A program made the position numbers and the translations under genes. A stretch of 64,000 nt of DNA, taken from assembly GCA_964597545.1 (NCBI GenBank), contig CAZQXN010000001.1, positions 133,655 to 197,654 on the forward strand, in the 5' to 3' direction. Shown here one piece after another: positions 20,401 through 30,065 of this stretch. Positions within the stretch are counted from its first letter, which is position 1. The number at the start of each line of letters is the position of its first letter. The notes below the pieces were generated by a model. It worked only from the letters and a program-made list of their open reading frames with translations. It did not search any database and had not been told where the DNA came from. The DNA is from an uncultured Planctomycetia bacterium. GTDB lineage: Bacteria > Omnitrophota > Gorgyraeia > 1-14-0-20-64-10.

Positions 20401-20680
20401 CGGCCGCCCACACATTGTGGATGCCATCAAGAACGGGGAGATTCAATTGGTGGTCAATACCCCCAGCGGCAAGGCAGCCCAAGAGGATGATTCCTACATC
20501 CGCAAGGCCGCCATCAAGTACAAGATCCCTTACATTACGACCCCGGCCGCGGCACTGGCTACCGCCAAAGGGATTGCCGCCCGGAGCAAGGGAGAGGCTG
20601 GGGCGAAATCGCTACAGCGCTATCACCGTGACATCGCCGGAGCCGGGAGCAAGTGCCCGCCCGCTACCGTGGATGCGTAG
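17441..20680 (+). CDS. carB: Carbamoyl-phosphate synthase large subunit (stand-alone copy)
   Basis: [24 protein letters not shown]; two ATP-grasp halves and an MGS domain. Confidence 0.97.
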   Translation: MPKRQDINKVMIIGSGPIVIGQACEFDYSGTQACKALRSLGYKIVLVNSNPATIMTDPGMADATYIEPLNTRALEEVLAAERPDGLLPNLGGQTGLNLSFELAKSGILKQHGTQVIGVNIDAIERGEDRTAFKETMNRLGIEMPKSEAVNNVEDAERVAEILGYPVVVRPAYTMGGTGGGLAYNTEELRTVASRGLSASRANQVLIEESVLGWEELELEVVRDSKNQMITVCFIENVDAMGVHTGDSYCTAPMLTIDPALQKRLQKHSYDIVEAIGVIGGTNIQFAHDPKTGRVVVIEINPRTSRSSALASKATGFPIAFVSSLLAGGLTMDEIPYWRDGTLEKYTPSGEYVVVKFARWAFEKFRGIEDKLGTQMRAVGEAMSIGKNYKEALQKSIRSLEIKRYGLGFAKDFHQKSLDELFALLATPTSERQFLMYEALRKGADVQKLYALTAIKPWFIEQMKALVELEMELIKHRGALPPDDLLKQAKQDGFADKYLAQILNTKEEEIRNRRKALGVVEAWEPVPVSGVENAAYYYSTYNAPDRVAVSKRKKIMVLGGGPNRIGQGIEFDYCCVHAAFSIRDAGYESIMVNCNPETVSTDYDTSDKLYFEPLTVEDVLSIYEKEKPEGVIVQFGGQTPLNIAQELAEAGVKVLGTSPATIDLAEDRDRFRQMMRKLNIPQPESGMASNLEEALETAKTIGYPLMVRPSYVLGGRAMEVVEDEEMLKEYVQAAVDVSPERPILIDRFLENAIEAEADALSDGTDAFVPAVMEHIELAGVHSGDSACVIPPVSIPQQHLDIIRDYTRKIAIELGVVGLMNIQYAIANDTVYVLEANPRASRTVPLVSKVCNVPMARLATQLILGQKLSDLKLTHSKIFHFGVKEAVFPFNMFPETDPLLGPEMRSTGEVLGMADSFGLAFFKAQEATQLILPLKGAVLFTIAEKNKPQVVKSARIFSELGFSIRATEGTQQFLTKHGIASELILKIGHGRPHIVDAIKNGEIQLVVNTPSGKAAQEDDSYIRKAAIKYKIPYITTPAAALATAKGIAARSKGEAGAKSLQRYHRDIAGAGSKCPPATVDA

Positions 20681-20749
20681 GGGCACCGAGGATACATCGC
20701 CGGGCATACGGCCAGGTTGCTTCGATTTCACGCATCCTGCAATATTTCG

Positions 20750-21772
20750 ATGGATGCGTGGCTAAAGGAAAATCTCGTCTGCCCTCGCGACCACATGCCC
20801 CTAGGGTTTAAGGGAGCTGTTCTCGCCTGCCCCCAAAACCATAAGTACCCTCTCATTGACGACATCCCAATTATGCTGGTGGAGGAGGTTCGCCCCGCGC
20901 AGTCAGAATGCAGCAAAACGCTCAAGCAATCGACCCATCCGCGACCAGAACAGCCTGTTCACCGCGAAGCACCTGCTTGGGGGGCTGTAGATCCATTCGT
21001 GCAAAAGGCGGTTGGGGCTACGTGTGGTGCGCTGTATGCATCCCTGAGAGGGAAGCTGGCCGCCTATCCCATTCCGGAATTGCGCTTACCCAGTGTTTCG
21101 GGGAAACGTTTCCTTGAGCTGGGCTGTAATTGGGGGAGATGGTGCATCAGCGCAACCAGAAGAGGATACGCTCCCGTCGGAATAGATCATAACCTGAATG
21201 CAATCCGCGCCGCCTACCGCATAGCCAAACAATTGAAGGTTCCTGCTGTCTACCTTGTCGCAGATATGCGGCGTCTTCCTTTTGCGACGGGCTGCTTTGA
21301 TACCGTCTTCTCCTACAGCGTGCTACAACATTTCAGCAAGTCCGATGTTCGGGAGGCCGTGTCGGAAGCTGGCAGAGTGCTCCGGCCCTCAAGAAAAACA
21401 CTCATACAAATGCCAAATCTCTACGGGCTGAGAAACGTTCTGGTACGGTTTCGAAGGGGCTTCAGAGAGCCTGCGGGATTTGAGGTGCGATACTGGCATC
21501 CGAAGGAATTGGAACGGCTATTTCAACAGTTGATTGGACCTACGCGGTTACTGGCCGATGGTTACTTCTCGCTAAACGCTCAGATAAGCGATCTTCCGCT
21601 GTTGCCCTTAAAATCCCGCTTCATTGTTTACTGCTCGAATCTGCTTCGGAAATTGACGAGCATCGCTCCGCCCTTGAAGTATCTGGCCGATAGCCTGTAT
21701 GTTGAAGCCATTCGTCGCCCGCCGCCCGGAGCAAGCAACAAAAGGGGGTTGGGCGGAGAGCGCTGTACATAG
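20750..21772 (+). CDS. Trm112-like domain fused to a class I methyltransferase
   Basis: LVCPRDH..C..YPLIDDIPIML and LELGCNWGRW motifs. Confidence 0.8.
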   Translation: MDAWLKENLVCPRDHMPLGFKGAVLACPQNHKYPLIDDIPIMLVEEVRPAQSECSKTLKQSTHPRPEQPVHREAPAWGAVDPFVQKAVGATCGALYASLRGKLAAYPIPELRLPSVSGKRFLELGCNWGRWCISATRRGYAPVGIDHNLNAIRAAYRIAKQLKVPAVYLVADMRRLPFATGCFDTVFSYSVLQHFSKSDVREAVSEAGRVLRPSRKTLIQMPNLYGLRNVLVRFRRGFREPAGFEVRYWHPKELERLFQQLIGPTRLLADGYFSLNAQISDLPLLPLKSRFIVYCSNLLRKLTSIAPPLKYLADSLYVEAIRRPPPGASNKRGLGGERCT

Positions 21773-21917
21773 CAAGCTGCGTTGATGTTGTTCGTTGAAC
21801 CGCACCCCTTCGCTCCCAAGAGGGGGAAAAACAAGGGAAACCATGGGTTCCCTTTATGGAGTGAGTCTTGAGTGCAAGTGAAGGACGGGCGACGTTCAAT
21901 TTCCCGTCGGCCCCGCT

Positions 21918-22901
21918 TTGACCCATAATGAAATGATCGAAACTTGCCCCCTCTGTCACTCCAGCTGCGCATCCAAGCTTGTCCGGAGAAAGGATGGGCG
22001 CTGGATCAAGCGGTGCGAACAGTGTGAACACTGCTTCATTCCTATTTCCGAAGACGCCGATTGGCTAAGAGAGCTTTATGATTCCTCCTACAACTTTTCC
22101 TCTGTGGAAGAGGCAGAAAGCCATAGAGTGTCAGGGGAGTGGTTTCGGGATCCTAAAGGATACTTTCAGATCGGTCTGAACTGGCTGAAGCAAACGCAGT
22201 CCCTGAAAGGGAAGCGTGTTCTGGAAGTTGGTTGTGGGCTTGGCCACGTTCTCGCTTCGCTTCGAGAAGAAGGAGCCCAAATACGTGGAATTGACAGAAA
22301 TCCTTCAGCAGCCGTTTTAGCCAAGAAATGGTTCGATTTGGATACGCATGTGGGGGAGATTGAGGCGTTGGTTCCTCGGCTTCCAAAAAACTATTTTGAT
22401 ATTGTGATCTTCTTTGAAACCATCGAACATTTGATTGACCCATCCAAAGTGCTTCAACAGCTTCACGCTTTACTTATTGACAAAGGGCTCCTCCTCGTTT
22501 CAACACCCAACTTTTCCCTTTTTTGGTCCGAGCGGTCTGGCTACAGTGACCTATCCCAAAGATTTGAACACATCCATTTCTTCCAGCTGCATACCCTTTC
22601 GGCGGCGCTTAAAAAAACAGGCTTCAATGTGGTCGAGCACATACCCTGCGGGAGCATCCATCCTCTGATCGAACGGCTGGCGCTTCGAACCGGACTTCGT
22701 CCGCTTATTGCCTCCTGCTGGTCTTCGCTGAGGAAACTTGTCCTTCTGCGTGCACCATTGCGTTTGGTTTACCGACGGTTTAATTCCCTGACGGCATCTA
22801 TGGGTGCAGACAAGGGCCTGTCTCCTGGCCTGTTCGTAGTCGGTGAGAAAGCGGCGGAAGACCGATCGGGCGTCGAGGAATTCGGCGATCGGCGGGATTA
22901 G
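21918..22901 (+). CDS. Class I SAM methyltransferase with N-terminal Zn ribbon
   Basis: CPLC..CEQC, VLEVGCGLG and ETIEHL motifs. Confidence 0.85.
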   Translation: MTHNEMIETCPLCHSSCASKLVRRKDGRWIKRCEQCEHCFIPISEDADWLRELYDSSYNFSSVEEAESHRVSGEWFRDPKGYFQIGLNWLKQTQSLKGKRVLEVGCGLGHVLASLREEGAQIRGIDRNPSAAVLAKKWFDLDTHVGEIEALVPRLPKNYFDIVIFFETIEHLIDPSKVLQQLHALLIDKGLLLVSTPNFSLFWSERSGYSDLSQRFEHIHFFQLHTLSAALKKTGFNVVEHIPCGSIHPLIERLALRTGLRPLIASCWSSLRKLVLLRAPLRLVYRRFNSLTASMGADKGLSPGLFVVGEKAAEDRSGVEEFGDRRD

Positions 22902-23929
22902 TTGGAACCGGTGCGGTAGCGGCGATAGAGGGGCAGCCAGTCCCGGTGCGTTAGCTGCAGTAAATCTCTGGGAAGCGCGTGGTACGTTCTGCAGAGATAC
23001 TCCCGCAACTCCAGCTCGGGCCTGCCCCAAAACAGGTCTAAGCTCTCCTGGTCTATAACACACAGATGCTTACCGTACATCCTAAAACACTCCTCCCTGG
23101 TCCCTGCCGGAGCATACCCCAGCTTTTTGAGGAATTGAACCATTAAGAAGGTTTCGGGCCTCATGTGGCTGTGTTCGTGGAGTGCAGAGGCTGTTTCGTG
23201 GGACAGCGCTTGCAGTGCTTCAAAATTGATCTGTGCGGGCTTCTGGAGCAGCTCCACATCCCACAGCAGGAGCATGTCATCGATCTGACCAAAAGACAAC
23301 ATGTCCGAAACCCAATACGCGGAGTTGATGAAAGAACACAGGGACGTCACAACGATACGTTGCCTCTGAGCACAGCCGTCTGCCACCGGAAAAGTGTCTA
23401 AGAGACCCAAGAGAAATTCTTCCGCGTTGGGCGCATATACCCTTTGATCGGTCCTGCTCTTTAAGGCGTATTGCAGGTTCAGTTGCTTGGCTCGCCGAAT
23501 GCCGTTGAGGGATGAGGTGATCTGATAGTTGACGTGCGAGTATCCGGTCCACGACGGCTTTTCATTCAAGAGAACCTCTATCCCCTCGGCCTTAAGCTGA
23601 GCGACACAATCTGCGTCTGAATCGTCCCAGGTTGAGACAATGACAACGGAGCGGGGAAAGGTCTCTTTGTACAACCGAACAGACTCCAGCGTGAAATCAT
23701 TGTCTCCAAGCAGCGGTCCTTGGATCACGAGCCCGATCTCTTTGGTTGGGCGGGTCTGCTGACCTGGCGGGGCGGAGATATCGCGGTTGTAGCGTATATT
23801 CCGGCGGTATTTGGGACGCAGGTGCAGTGTTAGGAAAAAGGGGAAAGAGCGCAAGCGAACAATGCGCTTGAGGATCCTCTGCCCCCACTGCAGACAGCGC
23901 GCAACAAATGTACCTTTAAGGTAGATCAT
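22898..23929 (-). CDS. WavE-like lipopolysaccharide synthesis protein
   Basis: VIQGP, IVSTW, NYQITSSLNGI and KSRTDQ motifs. Confidence 0.75.
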   Translation of the reverse strand: MIYLKGTFVARCLQWGQRILKRIVRLRSFPFFLTLHLRPKYRRNIRYNRDISAPPGQQTRPTKEIGLVIQGPLLGDNDFTLESVRLYKETFPRSVVIVSTWDDSDADCVAQLKAEGIEVLLNEKPSWTGYSHVNYQITSSLNGIRRAKQLNLQYALKSRTDQRVYAPNAEEFLLGLLDTFPVADGCAQRQRIVVTSLCSFINSAYWVSDMLSFGQIDDMLLLWDVELLQKPAQINFEALQALSHETASALHEHSHMRPETFLMVQFLKKLGYAPAGTREECFRMYGKHLCVIDQESLDLFWGRPELELREYLCRTYHALPRDLLQLTHRDWLPLYRRYRTGSN

Positions 23930-23933
23930 CCAT

Positions 23934-24677
23934 TCACGCTAAAAGGTCCTGGTACGCTTTGGTCCTCTTGAACTCATCAAAATCCTCCGGCGTGCCTAAC
24001 CCGTGCATCTGGTTGGCCTTGATTTCATAGAGGCCGATGTTGAGGCCCTGCTTGATGAGTTCGTTGTACACCGGGCAGACGTAGAATTCGTTGTTCACCC
24101 GGATGTCCTTCTGAATCATGGAGCATGCCCCTTCAAAAAACATGCTCCCCCTTCGGTAGTAATAGATGCCCACCGTGGCGTGGTTGCTGATTGGCCGCTT
24201 CTCTGCGACTTGGATAACCGCTCCGCCATCGTCCACCTTGGCATACGACCATTTCGGATGAACAGCAGGAAAGGCCATGATGCTGCCGTCCAGCTTTCTC
24301 GAGCGCGCATCTTGCAGGAAAGCATTGATGTCTGCCTCGATGTACTGGTCGTTGTTGGCAATCATCAACTCCTTGTCGTCATTGAAGTGGTCGGAGGCCA
24401 GCAACACCGTGCAGGCCGCCCCCGCTGTAGGTTCGCTTAAGGTCACGACGTTGCACCGCGGAGCAATGGCGTTAAGGGTGTGGCGCAGGGAATACCGATC
24501 GTAGTGCGAGCGCTTACAAATGAACGTGAAACGATGGTCGCCCCGGGGCGTGATGTTCTGCACCACCAACTGAATGAGGGGGATGGTTTTGACTTCGACC
24601 AGCGGCTTTGGGAATGTGTAGCCCGCCGCCTTGAACCGAGAGCCTTCTCCTGCCATAGGGACGACAATGTTAAGCAT
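23934..24677 (-). CDS. Sugar-phosphate nucleotidyltransferase family protein
   Basis: VPMAGEGSRF..YTFPKPL, VAEKRPIS, NNEFYVCPVYN and LGTPED motifs. Confidence 0.85.
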   Translation of the reverse strand: MLNIVVPMAGEGSRFKAAGYTFPKPLVEVKTIPLIQLVVQNITPRGDHRFTFICKRSHYDRYSLRHTLNAIAPRCNVVTLSEPTAGAACTVLLASDHFNDDKELMIANNDQYIEADINAFLQDARSRKLDGSIMAFPAVHPKWSYAKVDDGGAVIQVAEKRPISNHATVGIYYYRRGSMFFEGACSMIQKDIRVNNEFYVCPVYNELIKQGLNIGLYEIKANQMHGLGTPEDFDEFKRTKAYQDLLA

Positions 24678-24689
24678 GAAGCAACCCCT

Positions 24690-25313
24690 TTATGTTGCGT
24701 GATCGCTTAAGAAATTTTGAATCAGCGAATACCGAACTTCTTCGCACCCCTCAACCTCCAAAACGGCACCGCCGCTGGCATGTGCTGCCTCCTTCCCGTG
24801 GCCGGCGTCCTCAAGGATAAGGCACTCCGAAGGCTTAAGCTGCAGTTTTTCAAAAGCCCGCTGGAAGATCTCGGGGTCCGGTTTTGGCCGAGCAACATTC
24901 TCGTTGCTCAAAAAGAAATCAAAGTATGGCATCAAGCCCGCTTTCTCGAGCATCAGATCAACTGTCTTTTGCACCGAATTCGAGCAGACAATAAGACGAT
25001 ATCCCTCTTCTTTCAGCCTGCGTACCATGTTGACTTTCTCGGCGTCGACCGTACACAGCGCCTGGATCGTCTCCTGCGTATATCCCTGTTTGAGCTGATG
25101 AATGAGTTTGTGTAGTTGCCGTGGAAAATGTTTCTTTTCCGTTAAGTGTTCAAGCTTCACGCGTGTTGGCAAACCATTGTAAAAACGCTCATGCTCTTCG
25201 CGCCCAACCGAGAATCCGAACACGCCGAGTGCCCTGTTCAGGGCCAAGTAATGCCATTCCGCCGCATCGACCAACACGCCGTCTAGATCAAAGATGATCG
25301 CCTTGATCTTCAT
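24690..25313 (-). CDS. HAD-family phosphatase
   Basis: IFDLDGVLVD, CSNS, KPDPEI and LED motifs. Confidence 0.9.
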   Translation of the reverse strand: MKIKAIIFDLDGVLVDAAEWHYLALNRALGVFGFSVGREEHERFYNGLPTRVKLEHLTEKKHFPRQLHKLIHQLKQGYTQETIQALCTVDAEKVNMVRRLKEEGYRLIVCSNSVQKTVDLMLEKAGLMPYFDFFLSNENVARPKPDPEIFQRAFEKLQLKPSECLILEDAGHGKEAAHASGGAVLEVEGCEEVRYSLIQNFLSDHAT

Positions 25314-25963
25314 CGGCCCCCCGAATTGAAATAGCGATCGGCCTCGCAGGGATGGTCCGTGCAGAGATAGAGCTGCCGGGAAAGGAGTTGGGGCAGTGCC
25401 TTGTAAGCCGCCCACCGTCTCTTGTGGGGGCGCCGATGCAGCTCAGGGGAGACGATGCAGATCTTCTTGCCGTTCCGATGATGCTTCTCGAGATCCGCTC
25501 TTTGAATCCACGGGCGCTGGAGCTCATCGAGCCACACCCATCGCGCATGCCTGTACAGAACAGGCTGGAGCTCCATGTCGCTGTGCCGGGTAGCGGTGAC
25601 GACCTTGCGGTGGTACTTAAAAAACCGGAAAGCGGTGGGTATGGACATGTCAAAGGCAAAGTAACGGGTGATGGCATGCTGCTTGAGCAGTGTGTTCACC
25701 GCCCGCTCTAAGCCGTCTGCTTTGATGTTGAGCGCTAAAAGAGAGGTGCTCCTGAGGGATCGATAGAGGCGAAGCAGTTGTTTCAGGGAGGGGCTCATTC
25801 GGTTGGCCATTTCGTGCGAAATCACTACCTCCCCGGACCGATCGCGAATATCCGCCTCAAGGCCAAAGCCTGCCGTTAACGCACGCTTGAATGCAGCAAG
25901 GGAATTCTGTTCGCTTGGGTTTCCCCAGAGGCCTCGATGACAAACAATGTGCAAGTGGCTCAC
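25310..25963 (-). CDS. GDPD-like phosphodiesterase
   Basis: CHRGLW..QNS..GLEADIRD..ISH and VSPELH motifs. Confidence 0.75.
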   Translation of the reverse strand: MSHLHIVCHRGLWGNPSEQNSLAAFKRALTAGFGLEADIRDRSGEVVISHEMANRMSPSLKQLLRLYRSLRSTSLLALNIKADGLERAVNTLLKQHAITRYFAFDMSIPTAFRFFKYHRKVVTATRHSDMELQPVLYRHARWVWLDELQRPWIQRADLEKHHRNGKKICIVSPELHRRPHKRRWAAYKALPQLLSRQLYLCTDHPCEADRYFNSGGR

Positions 25964-26062
25964 TCCGCAAGTTGATCTTGGGAAGTAGTTTCTGTTTGTC
26001 TTGGCTGAATCTGTTCCTCAAGATCAGTATAGCAAAGCTGGGGGCGCGGTGCGGAATTCTGT

Positions 26063-27253
26063 TTAGGCCAATCCAAGGCGTTTGAAGAGCCGTTCAAATC
26101 GATGCTGCCAAGTGTGGTACTGGATGCAGTATTCTCTTGCCTTGCGTCTCATGCGGTCCCGAAGGGGTTTATCTGCCGATAGCGCTTTTGCTTTTTCGCA
26201 AAGCTCGTCCAGGGAGCGGTAGGTCTCGATGATCCCCTCCTCTGGATAAAAGCGATCCAGCTCCTCTGTGTGCTGGGTGAGGTAGCATGCTCCGCTCATG
26301 GGTGCTTCAAAATCTCTTAGCTTGGAATACGTCTGGTTCCATAAGTCTCTGCAGCTTGGGTGGATGTAATGATTAATGCCCAAGGTGACTTTGCTGCGTC
26401 CGTACAGACTCAAAACCTCATCATTGCTGAGCGGAGATTGGCTTGCGTGCCCGGCAACCAACGCCTCAAACTCCTTGCCCATCTCCCCTATCGTCTTCTG
26501 CATGCGCTTGGGGCGAAGGCCGTAGGCCAGGAGCGACTTTATCCCTCCCCGTTTCATCTCCAGAATATTCACCGCTTGCTCAAGGAGAGACAGCTTCGGG
26601 TAGGCTCTCTGTGTCTCCGCACCGGGGTCGTCCAACCCGTAATAAGCAGAGCGCTCATGCCAAGATGGTCCGTAGATCTCGAGCGGAAATCCCCTGCCCA
26701 AAAGGGAGCCCAAGAGCCACCTCCGGTAGGGGGTTTTGGTGCCAATAAAAACCAGATCCTTGCTCTCTTCGTTCTTGTGCGGCCTGTGCAAAGCCGGATT
26801 TGCCGCCATGGGCAAATAGATGAAGTTGTATCGGCGCGCTTTGTACATCGGCACAGCCCCCAGCTCAGGGACCCAATTCAGCGTAAAGTAGGGGGCAAAC
26901 GCATCGAGCACAGACCTTGTTTGAAGATTATCAGGAAAAAAACAGACGGTAGGAATCCCCAGGGCTTCGATCGCTTTGAAGATGGAGGGATCAAATTGAA
27001 AGGGAAACAAATGGATTAGGAACAGATCCAGCCCTCGGCTGCTGTGAACGCGCCGCACCTCTTCCAATAAACGCAACCCCAACTTTCTTCGCCACTTAAA
27101 CGACCAGGCCCTGGCATTGAGGCGATAGAACGACTCGTTGAGCCCGATCCCTTGGGCAAGATGAACCTCATGGCCCATATCCCGCAAGGGAAGCACCAAA
27201 TTGCGCGTCCACGTATTTGGCGTTTCGGTTCCGGTACAAACAAATATTTTCAT
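26063..27253 (-). CDS. CgeB-like glycosyltransferase
   Basis: LPMAANP, KLRDFEAPMSG and HTWQHRF motifs. Confidence 0.8.
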   Translation of the reverse strand: MKIFVCTGTETPNTWTRNLVLPLRDMGHEVHLAQGIGLNESFYRLNARAWSFKWRRKLGLRLLEEVRRVHSSRGLDLFLIHLFPFQFDPSIFKAIEALGIPTVCFFPDNLQTRSVLDAFAPYFTLNWVPELGAVPMYKARRYNFIYLPMAANPALHRPHKNEESKDLVFIGTKTPYRRWLLGSLLGRGFPLEIYGPSWHERSAYYGLDDPGAETQRAYPKLSLLEQAVNILEMKRGGIKSLLAYGLRPKRMQKTIGEMGKEFEALVAGHASQSPLSNDEVLSLYGRSKVTLGINHYIHPSCRDLWNQTYSKLRDFEAPMSGACYLTQHTEELDRFYPEEGIIETYRSLDELCEKAKALSADKPLRDRMRRKAREYCIQYHTWQHRFERLFKRLGLA

Positions 27254-27267
27254 GAAAACCGTCCCAC

Positions 27268-28155
27268 TTAAGATTCCTGCCGAATCAAGGGCCTCACCTG
27301 CTCCAGCTTTTCTTGGGGCACTGCAATGAGGTTGTGATTCGTCTCGTAATGCCTCTTCATGGGAGCGAGAAGGATTTGCCCTTGGGGTGTCGCCGCATAC
27401 CACGTGTAGCGCTTGCTCTGCAAAAACTCGTAAAGCTCCTTCGCCTGATAGCCCCAGGGCTGCGTGCGCATATCCTCCATTTCAACCATGAAAATAGGCC
27501 GCCTTTTGCGGCTAAGCAATTGGCTGGCTCCCTGCAGCACCCCCTTCTCCGCTCCTTCTACGTCCAATATGACGACGTCCACGTGACCAATGGAGTGCTG
27601 CTCCAGGTAGCGATCGAGAGTGGTCACCTGTACAGGCACAATCTGTGTCGTTGCCTCAATCACCGGCGGCCGCAAACTGTTTAACCCCTTCTGGTGACCC
27701 AAGACGACGTGCAGCCTTGCCTCCGCCTCTTCTGCCCCAAGGGCAAAGGGTTCAACGGTCACATTATGGCAGCGATTCAAGCGTATGTGCCAAAGCAGCT
27801 TCGTCCGCTCCCGAGGAGAAGGCTCAAAAGCAATCACCCGCCCTTTGGGACCTACCCGCCTTGAGGCAAGCATGGCGTAAAGGCCGTGATGGGCACCACC
27901 ATTGAGCACAACCATGTTGGGCTTCAGGAAGCGCCCCAGGAAGCGGCGCTCCTCTTCCTCAAACTCCCCCATGAAGAGCGCCATGCTTACCCAATCTGCT
28001 TCCGTGAACCACCAGCACTTATAGGGCAGTCGAATAGGCAGGGAAATCTGTGGAAACCAACGGCACCACTGCACAATGAAGCGAAGCTTGAGCAGTGCGA
28101 TATTCTTCCTCAGCGGTCTCCGGAGAATCCTTTTTGCACGCGCGCCGTCAAACAA
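27268..28155 (-). CDS. FkbM-family methyltransferase
   Basis: GAHHGLY, AFEPSP and LDVEGAE motifs. Confidence 0.88.
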   Translation of the reverse strand: MFDGARAKRILRRPLRKNIALLKLRFIVQWCRWFPQISLPIRLPYKCWWFTEADWVSMALFMGEFEEEERRFLGRFLKPNMVVLNGGAHHGLYAMLASRRVGPKGRVIAFEPSPRERTKLLWHIRLNRCHNVTVEPFALGAEEAEARLHVVLGHQKGLNSLRPPVIEATTQIVPVQVTTLDRYLEQHSIGHVDVVILDVEGAEKGVLQGASQLLSRKRRPIFMVEMEDMRTQPWGYQAKELYEFLQSKRYTWYAATPQGQILLAPMKRHYETNHNLIAVPQEKLEQVRPLIRQES

Positions 28156-28239
28156 GGGAGTCCTCTTTCCGTCTCGCAGATATGTTAAAATCGGCTTCAG
28201 GGAATTTGACCATCAGCTCCTCATGGGATATTAACTCAA

Positions 28240-28926
28240 GTGGACGCCAAACAATACTACGAATGGTACAATCGGGACAATCCCTCCTCTGCCTACACCC
28301 CCGAAAATGAGGCTACCTTCTCCCAAAGATTAGCATGGTTTCTTAAGAACATCCCCCCTGAAGCAAGGGTGTTGGATTATGGCTGCGGAGAGGGGGTATT
28401 GTTGGCCAGCTTGAGCAGGCAGGGCAACATTCATGCAGAGTCCTGTGGAGTCGACATCGCGGAGAATGCGATTCGAAAAGCTTCTGCCCGATTCCCCGAA
28501 CTCAAGTTCTCCTGTACCAGTCGCAACGGAACTGTTCCGTTCCCAGACGAATCCTACGATGCCATTGTTGCCTCAGAAGTTATCGAACACATATTTGACG
28601 CTGATGGGCTGTTTAAAGAATTCCGTCGCCTCCTGCGCCCCTGTGGCCGACTGCTGCTGTCGTGTCCCTACCATGGTTTCCTCAAAGACTTAGCCATCCT
28701 GCTGAGCGGCAAGATGGATAAGCATTACCACGACCCCCGCTCTAGTCACATTCGATACTACTCGCCTGCCACGTTGCGAGCGGTGCACGAAAAGCATGGC
28801 TTGCGCCTCATCAAGCAAAATGGCGTTGGGAGGGTCCCCTTCCTATGGAACAGCATGGTGACAGTGGCAACCAAACATGCCGAGGGTCCAAAACCTGATG
28901 TTCCTTGGGCGGAGAGAGGGGGTTAG
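28240..28926 (+). CDS. Class I SAM methyltransferase
   Basis: VLDYGCGEG and SEVIEH motifs. Confidence 0.88.
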   Translation: MDAKQYYEWYNRDNPSSAYTPENEATFSQRLAWFLKNIPPEARVLDYGCGEGVLLASLSRQGNIHAESCGVDIAENAIRKASARFPELKFSCTSRNGTVPFPDESYDAIVASEVIEHIFDADGLFKEFRRLLRPCGRLLLSCPYHGFLKDLAILLSGKMDKHYHDPRSSHIRYYSPATLRAVHEKHGLRLIKQNGVGRVPFLWNSMVTVATKHAEGPKPDVPWAERGG

Positions 28927-30058
28927 GGTACGCGTGCGCATCCATTATGACGCGTTCGGGCGCATTGCGCTGATTGTTGGTTTCGGACTTGCTTTGGGCT
29001 TGTTGCTAAGCGAAGCCTTCGTCAGAATGGTCGGTGTTAGGGCCGGTTATGGCAGCGCCGTTATCGTCTCTGACCCTACTTTACATCACGTCCACCAGTC
29101 CAATTATGAGTTTGTTGTATACGATCCGTCAGGAGAATTCGGAGGCCATAGGGTTCGATACGATCAAGAGGGGCTGGTGGTGAATCCGGAGGGGGGACGC
29201 GACGGCCCATCCAGGGCACCGGACATCCGGATTGCTTTGATGGGCGACAGCTTTGTCGAAGCGGCTCAAGTGCCTTATGAAATGTCTTTCGCCGGGATCT
29301 TGGGCCGCGCCGCAAAAGAGGGAGTGGAGATAAGAAACTATGGTTGCAGCACTTACAGCCCGATTCTCTACTGCCTGCAATGGAAAACGTGGGTCAGCCG
29401 GTACCGGCCAACGCACGTACTCCTTCTCCTGCACGTGTATGACGTCGTACAGGATGCAGAATTGGCTTCCATCGCTCAATTCAACGAGGCCGGCGATCCG
29501 ATCGCCGTGCCAGGCCCAGGTTCGACCTGGTGGAAAATCCTCCTGAGGAAATCCCACCTTTTTCGCTTTGGCAAGAAGGTCTGTGTGAAGCTGGCGTGGT
29601 GGTTTAAAAATCGCCACCGAGACCCTCAACCTGTCGCCGGGGATTACGTCGAGGAGAATCTCGACATTACAGAGCGAACAACCGCTTACGTCATGAAGCT
29701 GTATAAAGCGGTCCGAGCCTCAGGGGGTGAATTCATCCTGGCAGCCGTTCCGTCCAAGTACCGACTAGAGAGAGGAACTCGCTATCTGGGCACGCCTGAA
29801 TTCTCTGACCGGTGGAAAAAATGGGCCAAGGAGCGGGCGATCCCCTTCTTGAATCTTGTGGAGCTCTTCTGGGAAGCTGCGGAAGAGGGCAAGTCGTTGT
29901 ACTTCCAGAAGGACATCCATTGGACCGAGTGTGGGCATCGCATCGTCGCTCAGTCCGTTATGGATGCCTATCCCAATTTATTCGGGAACGCTCAACAAAA
30001 CGAGAAGGGGTTCCATACCTTGCAACGAGCATCCGTGGGGTACAATACAAGGCAGTGA
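28877..30058 (+). CDS. SGNH/GDSL hydrolase (AlgX-like), membrane anchored; start codon uncertain
   Basis: GDSF and DIHW motifs; N-terminal transmembrane segment. Confidence 0.75.
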   Translation: MPRVQNLMFLGRREGVRVRVRIHYDAFGRIALIVGFGLALGLLLSEAFVRMVGVRAGYGSAVIVSDPTLHHVHQSNYEFVVYDPSGEFGGHRVRYDQEGLVVNPEGGRDGPSRAPDIRIALMGDSFVEAAQVPYEMSFAGILGRAAKEGVEIRNYGCSTYSPILYCLQWKTWVSRYRPTHVLLLLHVYDVVQDAELASIAQFNEAGDPIAVPGPGSTWWKILLRKSHLFRFGKKVCVKLAWWFKNRHRDPQPVAGDYVEENLDITERTTAYVMKLYKAVRASGGEFILAAVPSKYRLERGTRYLGTPEFSDRWKKWAKERAIPFLNLVELFWEAAEEGKSLYFQKDIHWTECGHRIVAQSVMDAYPNLFGNAQQNEKGFHTLQRASVGYNTRQ

Positions 30059-30065
30059 TGGGCTC

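Noticed and set aside
21805-21854. Two short hairpins between methyltransferase genes
   Set aside because: Single imperfect copies; probably a terminator or REP relic.
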